Source: Polyangiaceae bacterium
GTDB taxonomy: Bacteria > Myxococcota_A > Polyangia > Polyangiales > Polyangiaceae
Length of the DNA: 64,000 nucleotides
Assembly (NCBI GenBank): GCA_044376115.1
Contig: JBILLK010000010.1
Span: 32,001-96,000, forward strand
Direction of reading: 5' to 3'
Positions 28,607 to 38,632 of this stretch are shown here, one piece after another. Both the position numbers and the translations under genes were made by a program. Each line of letters begins with the position of its first letter. Position 1 is the first letter of the stretch. The notes below the pieces were generated by a model that was not told where the DNA came from, did no database searches, and was given only the letters and a program-made list of their open reading frames with translations.

Positions 28607-29374
28607 GTGCCCTCCCCCTCAGCTGCCTTTCGTCCCCGCGCAACACGGCCCGCAATCGTGGGTCACCGAGGCTCACGTGGTGTGTTCGCTGAGAACACGC
28701 TTTGTTCCATTGAGGAGGGCCACCGCCAAGGAGCGGACGCCGTCGAGATCGACGTGCGGCCCTGCGGCTCCGGTGAAATAGTCGTCGTCCATGATCCCGA
28801 CATGTTGCGGGTTTCGGGCTGTTCTGCGCCCGTTCACGAGCTTTCGCTAACGGAGTTGCGCAGGCTCGATCTCGGGGGTGGAGCGACGGTGCCAACGCTC
28901 GAGGAGGTGCTTCGACGAGCCCGGCAGCTGCGCTTGGGAGTCAACATCGAGCTCAAGCACGACGTTCCTTCCCGCTGGGCACTGGCGCGTGGTGTAGCCA
29001 GCGAGGTGGCCGACTTCCGCGACGTCGAGCTGCTGATCTCCTCCTTCGATCCGCGCGTGCTCGCGCTTCACCGCCTGCTGCAACCACGGCTTTGCCACGC
29101 CCAACTCATCCACCGCTCCGACTATCACGACTGGGCGTTTCGCATCGCCAGGACCCGGGTATTTGACGGCGTCAACCTGGAGGATTGTTTGGTTCACCGC
29201 CAACACCTCGCGTGGTTCGAGCGGCGCGGCTTCGTCAACGCTTGGACGGTCAATGATGCGACGCTCGCAAAGCAGCTGTTCTCCGCAGGCGTGGGAGCCA
29301 TCATCACCGACGTTCCGCAACAAATTCTGCAGGCCTTCACGGCTGAGGAAGAGACGCGAGCGGAGCAACGTTGA
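28607..29374 (+). CDS. Glycerophosphodiester phosphodiesterase
   Basis: GHRG, ENT, EIDV, HD, NIELK, SSFD, WTVN, IITD. Start uncertain. Confidence 0.9.
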   Translation: MPSPSAAFRPRATRPAIVGHRGSRGVFAENTLCSIEEGHRQGADAVEIDVRPCGSGEIVVVHDPDMLRVSGCSAPVHELSLTELRRLDLGGGATVPTLEEVLRRARQLRLGVNIELKHDVPSRWALARGVASEVADFRDVELLISSFDPRVLALHRLLQPRLCHAQLIHRSDYHDWAFRIARTRVFDGVNLEDCLVHRQHLAWFERRGFVNAWTVNDATLAKQLFSAGVGAIITDVPQQILQAFTAEEETRAEQR

Positions 29375-30903
29375 GCAAGCCCCCGGCCCTAACCGATCCC
29401 TACGCCGGTGGCGACTCCGAGCCCCCCTCGTCCGAGGCTCCCGCTTCGTCCGAGGGGCCGGCCTCAACGCCAGAAAGCGCGCGCATCGGTTCGCCGATTC
29501 ACCACGGCTTGCTCCCCAAAGGTCCTCCGCCGCGGCCGCGCAAGCGCACTCGACGACGCCCTCGCCGATGGCGCAGTGCCTTACTAGCGATTGGCCTCGC
29601 GAGCGGCCTAATCGGGCTCAGCCTCCTCGGGTATCTCGGCTATCAACGTTTGCTCAAGAGCTCCCCGGGCGCTGTCTTCCCACTGAACCATCCTGGGTCT
29701 TTGCCTGCAAACACGGTCGCCGTTCAGCGCTTCACGCGAACCAATCCCCCCGGCTTCGTCGACCACGAGGCCGCCCTTTGGTCCTATCTGGCCGCAACCT
29801 TCTGCGGCGGGGAGGATCTATTTCGAGCGCTAGCCAACTCGGACAACAGCGGCTTCCGTGAAGAGGCCGCCCGCATGCTGAGAGAGCCGCGCGCCACGCG
29901 CGACAGCCTGCTGTGCGGACGCAGCTTTGCTGACGTGGCAGACGAGGACACCTTCGTCATTCACGCGCTCGGCGAGCCTAGCTTGCCCAGCGAGACCGAT
30001 GAGCAGCCGAAGGCCGTGCCCAGCGCGCCGATTCGAACAGCGACGCTGATGAAGCTGAAGCGCCGCGAAGCGCCCAAATCACGCCGCCAATACGCCTTCG
30101 CGCGCGAGGCCCTCGGCCTCGGCGAGGTGCGTTGTCTGGTCGAAGATCCCGCTGCCATCACGACCTGCTCGCCGGCGAGCCCCGCCAGCGCTCATCTCGA
30201 GGGCACCGACTATTGGCTTGGCGGCAGCTCGCTCGACACCATCGTTATGCTGGGCCGAACCCTCTCCCCAACCAAAGGGAATGAGTGGGCGGACCCAACC
30301 GATTTGACAGCGTTGGCGGCTAAGGTCTCTTCAGCCCAACGCGCTGCGGTGGGCAAAGGTGCCTTCATGAACCCAGACTTCTTGCGGCTAATGGGCGTCA
30401 ACGCGCATGAACCCCCAGAAGTAGCAGCGCTGATTGCGCTGCTCGCGGACAAGGACGCGCTCTTCGCCGAGGCCGACGACGTCAGCTTCGCAGGGGGCCG
30501 CTACAAACTTTTTCTACTAGCCTCTCAGGCACCTGATGCCATCGATATCGAACAGGGGCTGCGCGCCCTTCACGAGGCGGTGCTTTCACCCGAATCCGAG
30601 CACTCGCCGAAGCGCGATCAGGCCTTCAGCCGTTTTGAGCGAGCGCAGCACGAGGCAGGCGTTCGAGCCATCAAGCTCGCCACCGTCGAACGCGACGAGC
30701 GCTGGGTTATCGCGAGCTACGAGGTCAGTCTGAACGACGAGCAACGGGAGGCAACACAGGAGTGGCTGCTCGAGCAAAACCAGCGGCGCGCTGGGGCTGC
30801 GGAGATCATCGATCAACTCGTCACCGACGAACCAATCAGCAACGAAGCCTTGGTTCGGACAGGAGGCGCGGCCTTGCTCGACCGAGTACGCAGGCGCCAG
30901 TGA
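29371..30903 (+). CDS. Single-pass membrane hypothetical protein
   Basis: TTGA overlap with GDPD; basic stretch followed by one TM helix; 510 aa. Confidence 0.65.
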   Translation: MSKPPALTDPYAGGDSEPPSSEAPASSEGPASTPESARIGSPIHHGLLPKGPPPRPRKRTRRRPRRWRSALLAIGLASGLIGLSLLGYLGYQRLLKSSPGAVFPLNHPGSLPANTVAVQRFTRTNPPGFVDHEAALWSYLAATFCGGEDLFRALANSDNSGFREEAARMLREPRATRDSLLCGRSFADVADEDTFVIHALGEPSLPSETDEQPKAVPSAPIRTATLMKLKRREAPKSRRQYAFAREALGLGEVRCLVEDPAAITTCSPASPASAHLEGTDYWLGGSSLDTIVMLGRTLSPTKGNEWADPTDLTALAAKVSSAQRAAVGKGAFMNPDFLRLMGVNAHEPPEVAALIALLADKDALFAEADDVSFAGGRYKLFLLASQAPDAIDIEQGLRALHEAVLSPESEHSPKRDQAFSRFERAQHEAGVRAIKLATVERDERWVIASYEVSLNDEQREATQEWLLEQNQRRAGAAEIIDQLVTDEPISNEALVRTGGAALLDRVRRRQ

Positions 30904-30952
30904 CAACCTAGTTCTACGTGACGCTCGCTGGCGCTCGATCTATTGAAGCAAC

Positions 30953-31501
30953 GTGCAACGGAAGATCAGCTCTGCGCTGCTCGTCGACGACGACACCGCC
31001 TTTCGCTGCGCTCTTCAGGGAGCGTTGCGCAGGCGAGGTGTGCGCGCGGTCACCGCGGCCAGCATCGATGAGGGCGCGCACCTCTTGAGTGACGAGACCG
31101 TCGACCTCGTGGCCGTGGACTTTCGCATGCCGGGCGGGGATGGGCTAACGGCGATCAGCCGCTACCGCAAACTCTGCCCCGACGCTGTGATCGTGATGCT
31201 GACTGGCTTCGGAGACATCCCGCTCACAGTTGCCGCCATGCGCGAGGGCGCCGACACCTTGATGACCAAGCCGGTGGACGTGGAGAAGTTGCTCCGTGAA
31301 GCGGCGTCCATTCGACCGAACGAGCTGCGCAGCGAGTCGCGCGCTCCGGTGTCCGCTCGCAGTTTGAAGCTGGCGGAAGTGGAGCGCGAAACGATCGAGA
31401 CGGCCCTGGCCAATGCTGGCGGCGTAGTCGCAACCGCCGCCAAAATGCTCGGTATCGACCGCAGAACGCTGCAGCGGAAGCTGCGACGCCTCGGAAGTTG
31501 A
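30953..31501 (+). CDS. RegA/PrrA-type response regulator (receiver + Fis HTH)
   Basis: LLVDDD, DFRMP, LTGFG, KP, AKMLGIDRRTLQRKL. Confidence 0.88.
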   Translation: MQRKISSALLVDDDTAFRCALQGALRRRGVRAVTAASIDEGAHLLSDETVDLVAVDFRMPGGDGLTAISRYRKLCPDAVIVMLTGFGDIPLTVAAMREGADTLMTKPVDVEKLLREAASIRPNELRSESRAPVSARSLKLAEVERETIETALANAGGVVATAAKMLGIDRRTLQRKLRRLGS

Positions 31502-31505
31502 GCCC

Positions 31506-33116
31506 ATGTCTACGCTTCGAAAGAGCCTCCTCGCCTCGCTGTCTCGTGAACCCTTCGATGTGCTCGTCATCGGCGCGGGCATCAACGGCGCCGTAACGGC
31601 GGCGTGCCTAGCCGCACGCGGAGCCAAGGTCGCGCTGATCGATCGAGGAGACTTCGCTGGCTTCACCAGCCAACACTCCTCCAATCTGGCCTGGGGCGGC
31701 ATCAAGTACATGGAGAGCTTCGAGTTCGGGCTCGTCCGTAAACTGTGCAAGTCGCGCAACCACCTCATCGACAGTTACCCTTCCACGGTCCGAGAGATCC
31801 GCTTCTTGGCCACCCATGAGCGCGGGTTTCGGCACGGACTCTGGAAGCTCGTGATTGGCACCTGGCTTTACTGGCTTATCGGCAGCTTCTTTACGAAGCG
31901 CCCGCGGCGCCTCTCGGTAGGTGAGCTAAGCGCTGAGGAGCCTTTACTCAACGCAGATATTTGCGACGGTGGCTTCGAGTACTCCGACGCCTTCCTGCAT
32001 GACAATGACGCCCGCTTCGTATGGGGCTTCGTCAATCGTGCAATCGAGTCGGGCTGCGCTGCGGTCAACTATGTCGAGGCCGAGGGCGGCTCCCGCGAGG
32101 GCGACCATTGGGTGGTTCCGGCCCGCGACAAAAGCAGCGGCGCCGCGTTCACCATCCGTGCCCGTGTACTGGTCAATGCCGCTGGCCCCTTCGTCGATGC
32201 GAACAACGAGCAAACGGGCGTAACGACGACGACGAGACACGCCTTCTCCAAGGGCATTCACCTGCTCGTTGACCGGCTTACCCCCCATGACCGAGTCCTG
32301 GCCTTCTTTGCCGACGACGGTCGCCCCTTCTTCGTGATTCCGATGGGCCCGCGCAGTTGCCTCGGCACCACCGACACCCCCGTCACAGATCCCGTGACCG
32401 CCGTGACAGAGGAGGATCGACGCTTCGTTCTCGAGAACGTCAACAAGCGCCTCAAGCTCAAAAAGCCGCTCTCCGAAGAAGACATCATCGCTGAGCGCTG
32501 CGGCGTAAGGCCGCTCGCCGTCAGCGGCGCCTCCGGCACGGGGGATTGGATGTCGCTGTCGCGCAAGCACGTGATCGAGGTCGACTCAGTGCGCTCCCAC
32601 GTCAGCATTTTTGGGGGCAAGCTGACCGACTGCATCAACGTTGGCGAGGAGATGTTTCACGAGGTAACCAAGCTCGGCGTCAGCTTCTCTCGGCCAAAGG
32701 AGCGCTGGTACGGTGAACCTGCCGCAGACGCGCTCGCGGAGTTCATGCAGAAGGCGGCGCAGATTCGGCTGGACGAAATGACGTCGCCGCAATCCTCCGA
32801 GCTACTTTCTACGCGCTTGTGGCGTCGCTACGGGAAAGATGCCTTCACCCTGCTCGATCGCATTGCTGCAGATCGAACAGCGGCCGAGGTGCTGATTGAG
32901 CGCGCTGAATATCTACGTTGCGAGATTGAGCTCGCGGCCGAGAAGGAAATGATCGAACGGCTCGAGGACTTCCTCAGGCGCCGCTCGAAGATCGCCTTGG
33001 TCGTTCGGCATGAGGACATCGCGCGGGCTCCAGGGCTCCGCGAGGCCTGCCGCATCCTGTTCGCCGATCAGGCTGAAGCGAAGCTCTGCGAGTGGCTCGA
33101 AAGCTCGGCCAGCTAG
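31506..33116 (+). CDS. glpD: FAD-dependent glycerol-3-phosphate dehydrogenase/oxidase
   Basis: DVLVIGAGING, GGIKY, NAAGP, KGIHL, GTTD, GVRPL, GGKLT. Confidence 0.85.
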   Translation: MSTLRKSLLASLSREPFDVLVIGAGINGAVTAACLAARGAKVALIDRGDFAGFTSQHSSNLAWGGIKYMESFEFGLVRKLCKSRNHLIDSYPSTVREIRFLATHERGFRHGLWKLVIGTWLYWLIGSFFTKRPRRLSVGELSAEEPLLNADICDGGFEYSDAFLHDNDARFVWGFVNRAIESGCAAVNYVEAEGGSREGDHWVVPARDKSSGAAFTIRARVLVNAAGPFVDANNEQTGVTTTTRHAFSKGIHLLVDRLTPHDRVLAFFADDGRPFFVIPMGPRSCLGTTDTPVTDPVTAVTEEDRRFVLENVNKRLKLKKPLSEEDIIAERCGVRPLAVSGASGTGDWMSLSRKHVIEVDSVRSHVSIFGGKLTDCINVGEEMFHEVTKLGVSFSRPKERWYGEPAADALAEFMQKAAQIRLDEMTSPQSSELLSTRLWRRYGKDAFTLLDRIAADRTAAEVLIERAEYLRCEIELAAEKEMIERLEDFLRRRSKIALVVRHEDIARAPGLREACRILFADQAEAKLCEWLESSAS

Positions 33117-33172
33117 CGCCAAGCGCGCCACAAAAGCGTGCCGCCCGAAAGCGAACGGGCTAAGGCGCTCGG

Positions 33173-34228
33173 ATGCTGCGCTCGAAAATCCTGGGCCTGG
33201 GCTCGTACGTCCCCGACCGCATCGTCACCAATGATGACCTCGCTCACTTCGACAATCGGCACGTGCGCCACGCCGAAAAGCAGATCGACATCACCGACGA
33301 ATGGGTGCGCGAGCGCACGGGCGTTGAACAGCGCCGCTACGTGCCGAACGACGAATCCACCACCTGCAGCGACTTGGCGCTGCGCGCGTCGCTGGCCGCC
33401 CTCGAGGACGCTGGCGTAGCGGCGAAGGAGATCGACTGCATCATCTACGCGACCCTTTCGCCCGATATTCACTTCCCCGGGTCGGGCGTCTTCCTGCAGA
33501 CGCGACTCGGGATCGGCGGAGCGGGCGGCTGCCCTTGCTTCGATATCCGTCAGCAGTGCTCGGGCTTCATCTACGGCCTGCAGATGGCCGACTCACTGGT
33601 TTTGACCGGCCACTACAAGCGCGTATTGGTCGTCGGCGCGGAGCTGCACAGCCACTCTCTGGACTTCACGACCCGCGGGCGTGACGTAATGATCCTGTTC
33701 GGGGATGGTGCAGGCGCGGCCGTCGTTGGCCCCGTTGAAACCGAGAACCCTCGCGAGGGCATCCTCTACACCAAACTCGGTGCAGACGGTGGCGGCGCCA
33801 AAGACCTTCACCTCAACGTGTTCGACTCGCGGCGTATGCCACATATCGAGTACACGGCCGAGTGGGGGGTACCGGCCCAAGCCTTCCCGCAAATGAACGG
33901 TAAGAAGGTGTTCCTCAATGCAGTAAGGGCGATGAACCTCGGCACCCGTGCAGCGCTCGAGAAGATGGGCTTTGGCTGGGATGACGTGGATTGGTTCGTT
34001 CCCCATCAAGCCAACCTCCGCATCAACGAGGCGGTCGCACGGCTCGCTGAGATTCCGGCTGAGAAGGTGCTCAATACCATTCAGTTCTACGGCAACACCA
34101 CCGCAGCCACGGTGCCGCTGACGATTGACCACCATCGCAAGGCCGGTCGCGTAAAGAAGGGTGACCTCGTGGTCTCCAGCGTGTTCGGCGCTGGCTTCAC
34201 TTGGGGTACGGCGATCTTCTCGGTCTAA
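33173..34228 (+). CDS. fabH: 3-oxoacyl-ACP synthase III
   Basis: QQCSGF (Cys), LFGDGAGA, PHQAN, YGNT, FGAGFTWG. Confidence 0.93.
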   Translation: MLRSKILGLGSYVPDRIVTNDDLAHFDNRHVRHAEKQIDITDEWVRERTGVEQRRYVPNDESTTCSDLALRASLAALEDAGVAAKEIDCIIYATLSPDIHFPGSGVFLQTRLGIGGAGGCPCFDIRQQCSGFIYGLQMADSLVLTGHYKRVLVVGAELHSHSLDFTTRGRDVMILFGDGAGAAVVGPVETENPREGILYTKLGADGGGAKDLHLNVFDSRRMPHIEYTAEWGVPAQAFPQMNGKKVFLNAVRAMNLGTRAALEKMGFGWDDVDWFVPHQANLRINEAVARLAEIPAEKVLNTIQFYGNTTAATVPLTIDHHRKAGRVKKGDLVVSSVFGAGFTWGTAIFSV

Positions 34229-34276
34229 CGTAGCTTTCTTGGCCAGCGTACGCGTTGTGGCGTAGGGCCTGGCGCT

Positions 34277-35089
34277 ATGCATCGAATGACTCGCAATGGC
34301 TCGGTCGCCCCGTTATCCGAAGAGTGCGGCCGAAAGGCAGATGGCGTTCGCCATACTGTGCAACGGCGCGTCGGTGCGATGTTGGTAACGGCTTCGCTGC
34401 TCTCGGTTTCGGGCGCAGCAGCCGCCACCTCCGGGCGCGTTACGCGGTCCTTCGTGGTGGACGTTGAGCCCGGGAACGCAACCATGCTCGGCACCATCGA
34501 GATCGTTGGCAACGAGCCCAAAGAGAAGGGCGACAAGACCCGCGTCGATCTCTCGATCACCCCCGCTGGGCTCGCCGAAGGCAAGCCCGTCGCTGGCGAC
34601 AAGAAGAAGAGCAAGGGCACCGCCCCGAAGACCCACGAGCTTCATGTGGACGTGACGGTGTCGGCCAAGGACGCCGTGCAGTCGATCGAGGTGAGCGATC
34701 TCAACTTCGATGGCTACCGCGACCTTTGGATTTTACGTGAGAACAGCGCAGAAGGCGCTCGTTATGAGGCCTTCATCTTCGACCCGAAGCGCGGAAAGTT
34801 CAGCCAATCAGCCTTCTCGAGCGAGCTCGGTAAGCTGACCAACCCCGAGCTGGATCCTTTGGCCAAACACTACACCTCGCGACGCACCGGAGAGTCCCCG
34901 ACTCGGGTGGTTCACCGCGTGACGCAGGGCAAGCTCAGCGTGATTGAGAGCTGCGAGTTCAAGCCCTCAGCTAAGCCCGCCGATGGTGCTACCCAAGGAA
35001 CGTTGACGAAGAAGAAGCTTGTCGACGGCACCATGAGCGTCTCGAGCAAAGAGGTCGCGATCCCCAAAGGCTTCAACCCCTGCGAATGA
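34277..35089 (+). CDS. Secreted hypothetical protein (XAC2610-like, DxNFDG motif)
   Basis: Signal-like segment, DLNFDGYRD...FIFDP...LTNP. Start may be 34379. Confidence 0.6.
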   Translation: MHRMTRNGSVAPLSEECGRKADGVRHTVQRRVGAMLVTASLLSVSGAAAATSGRVTRSFVVDVEPGNATMLGTIEIVGNEPKEKGDKTRVDLSITPAGLAEGKPVAGDKKKSKGTAPKTHELHVDVTVSAKDAVQSIEVSDLNFDGYRDLWILRENSAEGARYEAFIFDPKRGKFSQSAFSSELGKLTNPELDPLAKHYTSRRTGESPTRVVHRVTQGKLSVIESCEFKPSAKPADGATQGTLTKKKLVDGTMSVSSKEVAIPKGFNPCE

Positions 35090-35096
35090 GCCGAAC

Positions 35097-36905
35097 CTAG
35101 AACCACCCGTCTTCCATCTCGAGGGTGGTGGTATCTCTCGCCGCAAGCACGGAGAGCCAAGCGTCCACCTTGGGCAACTCGTAGCCGAAGAAGTAGCGAC
35201 ACGCCATGAGCTCGCCCCGATAGAACGATTCATCGTCCGCCGGCCGGTCAGCCCGCGTTGCCACGATGGCGAGTTCGAGCCATGTCCAAGCAAGGACGAT
35301 GTGCCCGAGCGCCTGCATGTAGTTGGTCGCATTGGCGAGCGCGGCCTTTGGGTCGCCGCCGGCAAACAGGGAGGAGGTCACCGACCCAAGCTCCATAACC
35401 TTGCCCGCCAATGCCTCTCCCCACGGCTGCAGAGCTGGCTCTAGCGAGGCTTTGCTCACGGTCCGTTGGATTCTCTCGGACAGCGCAAACAGCGCTGCGC
35501 CACCTTTCATCGTCACTTTCCGTCCCAAGAGGTCGAGCGCTTGAATGCCGTGGGTGCCCTCGTGAATCGCGTTTAAGCGATTATCCCGGTACATGCGCTC
35601 TACTGGATAGTCCCGAGTGTAGCCGTACCCGCCGTGCACTTGGATCGCTAGGCTATTGCCCTCGAGGCAAAACTCCGAGGGCCAGCTCTTGGCGATCGGC
35701 GTTAGCAGCGATAAAAGCAGCGATGACTGCTCGCGGACGTGAGCCTCCTCCGCGGTGCGCTCCTCATCGACTAGCCGCGCGCAATAGAGATTGAGCGCCA
35801 ACGCGCCCTCCGCATAGGCCTTCTGCGCAAGCAACATTCGCCTTACATCCGCGTGCTCGATGATGGGGACCTGAGCGGACTCTTGATTACGTTCTCCAAG
35901 TCTGCGCCCTTGGGGGCGGTTCCTCGCGTAATCGAGCGAATGCAGAAACCCCGTCATGCCAAGACAAGCAGCGCCCAATCCCACGGTGATGCGTGCCTCA
36001 TTCATCATCTGGAACATACAAGCGAGCCCCTGATGGACCTCCCCAACGAGATAGCCCAAAGCCCCTGGCGCCGAGCCGGGGAGAAAGCGCCCATCGCCAA
36101 AGGCCAATAGCGTATTCACTGTACCGCGATAGCCCATCTTGTGATTGAGCCCGACCAGCGAAACATCATTCCGCTCGGCCAACTGACCCTGTTCATTCAC
36201 GAGAAAGCGCGGCACCAGAAAGAGCGAGATGCCCTTGCTCCCAGGCGGCCCACCCGGAATCTTGGCGAGCACCAAATGCACGATGTTCTCCGCGAGCTCG
36301 TGCTCACCGCCAGAGATCCACATCTTGCTGCCGAAGAGGCGATAACTACCATCGGCTTGCGGTTCAGCTCGCGTGGTCAAGTCTCCGAGGGAGGACCCAG
36401 CTTGCGGTTCCGATAGGCACATTGTGCCGAAGAAGCGACCTTCCAACATCGGTTTGAGATAGTGCTCGATCTGGCTTTGCGAGCCGTAACGCGCCAGCAG
36501 ATTGGAGGCGCCAATGGTCAGTAGCGGATAGGACGCAGTCGCAACATTGGCAGCCAAGAACCAGGCAAAGCCCGCCTTTTCAACCACCATCGGCAACTGC
36601 ATCCCGCCGATCTCCTCGTCGTGGCCGGCGGCAACCAGACCCGCCTCACCGAAGGCGCGGAGAGCTTGCTGGATCTCGGGGATGAGCATTACCTGGCCGC
36701 CCTCGAGCCGCGGCTCGTGCTCATCCGACTTCTTCGCGTGCGGAGCAAACAGCTCCGTTGCCATCCGTTCGCAGGTCGCCAGCATCACCTCCAGGTTCTC
36801 TCGGGTGTGGCTCTGATAACGCGGTCGCTGAAGCAAAGCCTCCGTATCCAACCACTCGAAAAGCAGGAAGGAGAGCTGACGACGCGAGAGCAGCTTGGAG
36901 TTCAT
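35097..36905 (-). CDS. Acyl-CoA dehydrogenase
   Basis: GTMCLSEPQAGS, KMWISGG, KMG, MMNEAR, IQVHGGYGY, IHEGTHGIQ. Confidence 0.95.
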   Translation of the reverse strand: MNSKLLSRRQLSFLLFEWLDTEALLQRPRYQSHTRENLEVMLATCERMATELFAPHAKKSDEHEPRLEGGQVMLIPEIQQALRAFGEAGLVAAGHDEEIGGMQLPMVVEKAGFAWFLAANVATASYPLLTIGASNLLARYGSQSQIEHYLKPMLEGRFFGTMCLSEPQAGSSLGDLTTRAEPQADGSYRLFGSKMWISGGEHELAENIVHLVLAKIPGGPPGSKGISLFLVPRFLVNEQGQLAERNDVSLVGLNHKMGYRGTVNTLLAFGDGRFLPGSAPGALGYLVGEVHQGLACMFQMMNEARITVGLGAACLGMTGFLHSLDYARNRPQGRRLGERNQESAQVPIIEHADVRRMLLAQKAYAEGALALNLYCARLVDEERTAEEAHVREQSSLLLSLLTPIAKSWPSEFCLEGNSLAIQVHGGYGYTRDYPVERMYRDNRLNAIHEGTHGIQALDLLGRKVTMKGGAALFALSERIQRTVSKASLEPALQPWGEALAGKVMELGSVTSSLFAGGDPKAALANATNYMQALGHIVLAWTWLELAIVATRADRPADDESFYRGELMACRYFFGYELPKVDAWLSVLAARDTTTLEMEDGWF

Positions 36906-36920
36906 CGCGTTCGACGGTGC

Positions 36921-36958
36921 GAACAAACGAAGCGCGATGCAAGTGGCATCGCGCTTCG
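36921..36958 (-). terminator. Perfect 13-bp hairpin with U-rich tail (terminator or operator)
   Basis: cgaagcgcgatgc-N5-gcatcgcgcttcg at 36928-36958, followed by TTTGTT on the minus strand. Confidence 0.65.
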
Positions 36959-37017
36959 AGTTCCCTTCGCTGCAGTTCTTTCGGACTGGGAGCGAGGCTG
37001 CTTGGTTGTCGGAAGTG

Positions 37018-38553
37018 TCAGCGGGTGAGCGCGTCACGAGCGGCGTCGGCAACGCCTTCGTAGTGCGACTGTGTCAGCTGCGTGAGCATCTTCTTGGCGG
37101 CGGGATGCTCGGCGTGCCGACGCAGCCCGTTGAGCACAGCCCACGCCATATCGCTCGAGCCATCCTGGGTCAGGAGCTGGCCATAGAGCTGGGCGGCCTG
37201 CTCCGGTCGCATCATGACGGCCATGCTGCCGATACACTCGTAGCGAACCTCCGCTGAAGGATCTTGCTGAGCGGCTTGCTGAGCGAGGGGGAGCAATTGC
37301 GGGAGCTCCTCGAGGTTGCAAAACTGGAACGCCATCGCCCGCCGTACTTCCTCGTCTTGGTCGCTCATCAAGCGCGAGGCGAGCCCCCAGATTCGCTGGA
37401 AAGCCTCTTTGGGCAGACAATGAAGGCTGCTCGCGATCTCCTTCTTCACTTCGCGGTTGGGGTTTGCCGCGTGCTTCTCGAACACGGTCAGCGTGAGCTC
37501 GCCCATCCCGTAGTGGTGAGCGAAGGCGAGCGTCGACATGCACGCCGCCTGCACCTCGGCGCTAGGGTCTCGATCAGCCTGATTGGCGACGCCATGCATG
37601 ACTTGTTGGTCGTCTCGATAGCTGGAGAAGCCACCAATCGCAGCCGCACGCACCTGGGGATCCGGGTCCTGAGTCAGTGCGATCAGCAGCTCGCGCTTGC
37701 CATTGAACTTCTCCGCTGAGTGAAAGCGCAACCCGCTCGCGACTTCGCGTCGGATGTGAGCGTCACCCGCCTGGGCTAACTGCTGTACGAGCTGATAGGC
37801 GCCTTCCTCGGCGAACTTGCAGGCCGCCACGATCACCTGATCAAAGGTGGCTTGATCGAGCCCGGGGATGTTGGCGACGGCGTAAAGCGTCTGCAAGTGC
37901 TGGGGCTTTACTCGATTATCCACCAAGTTGGCCCAGGCCGTCAGCGCGGCGCGACGAACGTTGACCGTCCCCTGCGCCATCAAGTGAGACAGATAAGGCT
38001 CAATCTCCATTAGTTGCGAGCCCTCGGAGTAGCAGGCAATGAACAAGTCATTGAGCGCGTCCTCGAGTTCGTGCTCTTGCTGGCTTCGCAGAGCGGGATA
38101 GCGCGAGAAGATCTCCTCGATCGGCAACAGCCTGAATTCGTCATCGGAGGCGTCCACCACCTTGAGCTCTTTGCTGTCGCTCGGGTCCTTCACGCCGGGA
38201 ATGTCGGCCGCGGCCATGACCGTGTACGAGACGTTGTGCGCTGTGGTCTCGGTGCCGTGCGGAACGGTGAAGCGGAAGGCGAAGTTCTTGACCGACTCGG
38301 GCGCGAGGTCTTCACCAGCGGCCACCGTCTGAGTGAGTAGGATCTCGGTCTTGATGTCCGGCAGACTTTGACCTTCTCGCGAATGCACCGAGACAAAGAG
38401 CAGTTTGACCGTGAGTTCCGTGAGCTTGAGCGGCTTCTTACCGCCGTGCAGGGTGATCTTTCCGCCAACCACGCCGCCTGCCGAAGCCTGCGGAGTGTCG
38501 AGTGTCATCGTGAGTTTGGTTCCCCCGCCGAACATCGAATCGAGCATTCCCAT
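37018..38553 (-). CDS. Spo0M/arrestin-N-like domain + HEAT repeats
   Basis: N-terminal MFGGG...GKITLHGG...FRFTVP...ADIPGVKDP, multiple DPDPQVRAAA-type HEAT units, GGAGG RBS. Confidence 0.75.
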   Translation of the reverse strand: MGMLDSMFGGGTKLTMTLDTPQASAGGVVGGKITLHGGKKPLKLTELTVKLLFVSVHSREGQSLPDIKTEILLTQTVAAGEDLAPESVKNFAFRFTVPHGTETTAHNVSYTVMAAADIPGVKDPSDSKELKVVDASDDEFRLLPIEEIFSRYPALRSQQEHELEDALNDLFIACYSEGSQLMEIEPYLSHLMAQGTVNVRRAALTAWANLVDNRVKPQHLQTLYAVANIPGLDQATFDQVIVAACKFAEEGAYQLVQQLAQAGDAHIRREVASGLRFHSAEKFNGKRELLIALTQDPDPQVRAAAIGGFSSYRDDQQVMHGVANQADRDPSAEVQAACMSTLAFAHHYGMGELTLTVFEKHAANPNREVKKEIASSLHCLPKEAFQRIWGLASRLMSDQDEEVRRAMAFQFCNLEELPQLLPLAQQAAQQDPSAEVRYECIGSMAVMMRPEQAAQLYGQLLTQDGSSDMAWAVLNGLRRHAEHPAAKKMLTQLTQSHYEGVADAARDALTR

Positions 38554-38632
38554 ATGGACCTCCAGGCTCTCGATACGATGAGAGCGAGCCAGGCCTTGTA
38601 CGGCGAACCGAGGGTATTCCCCCCTGCTGCAG

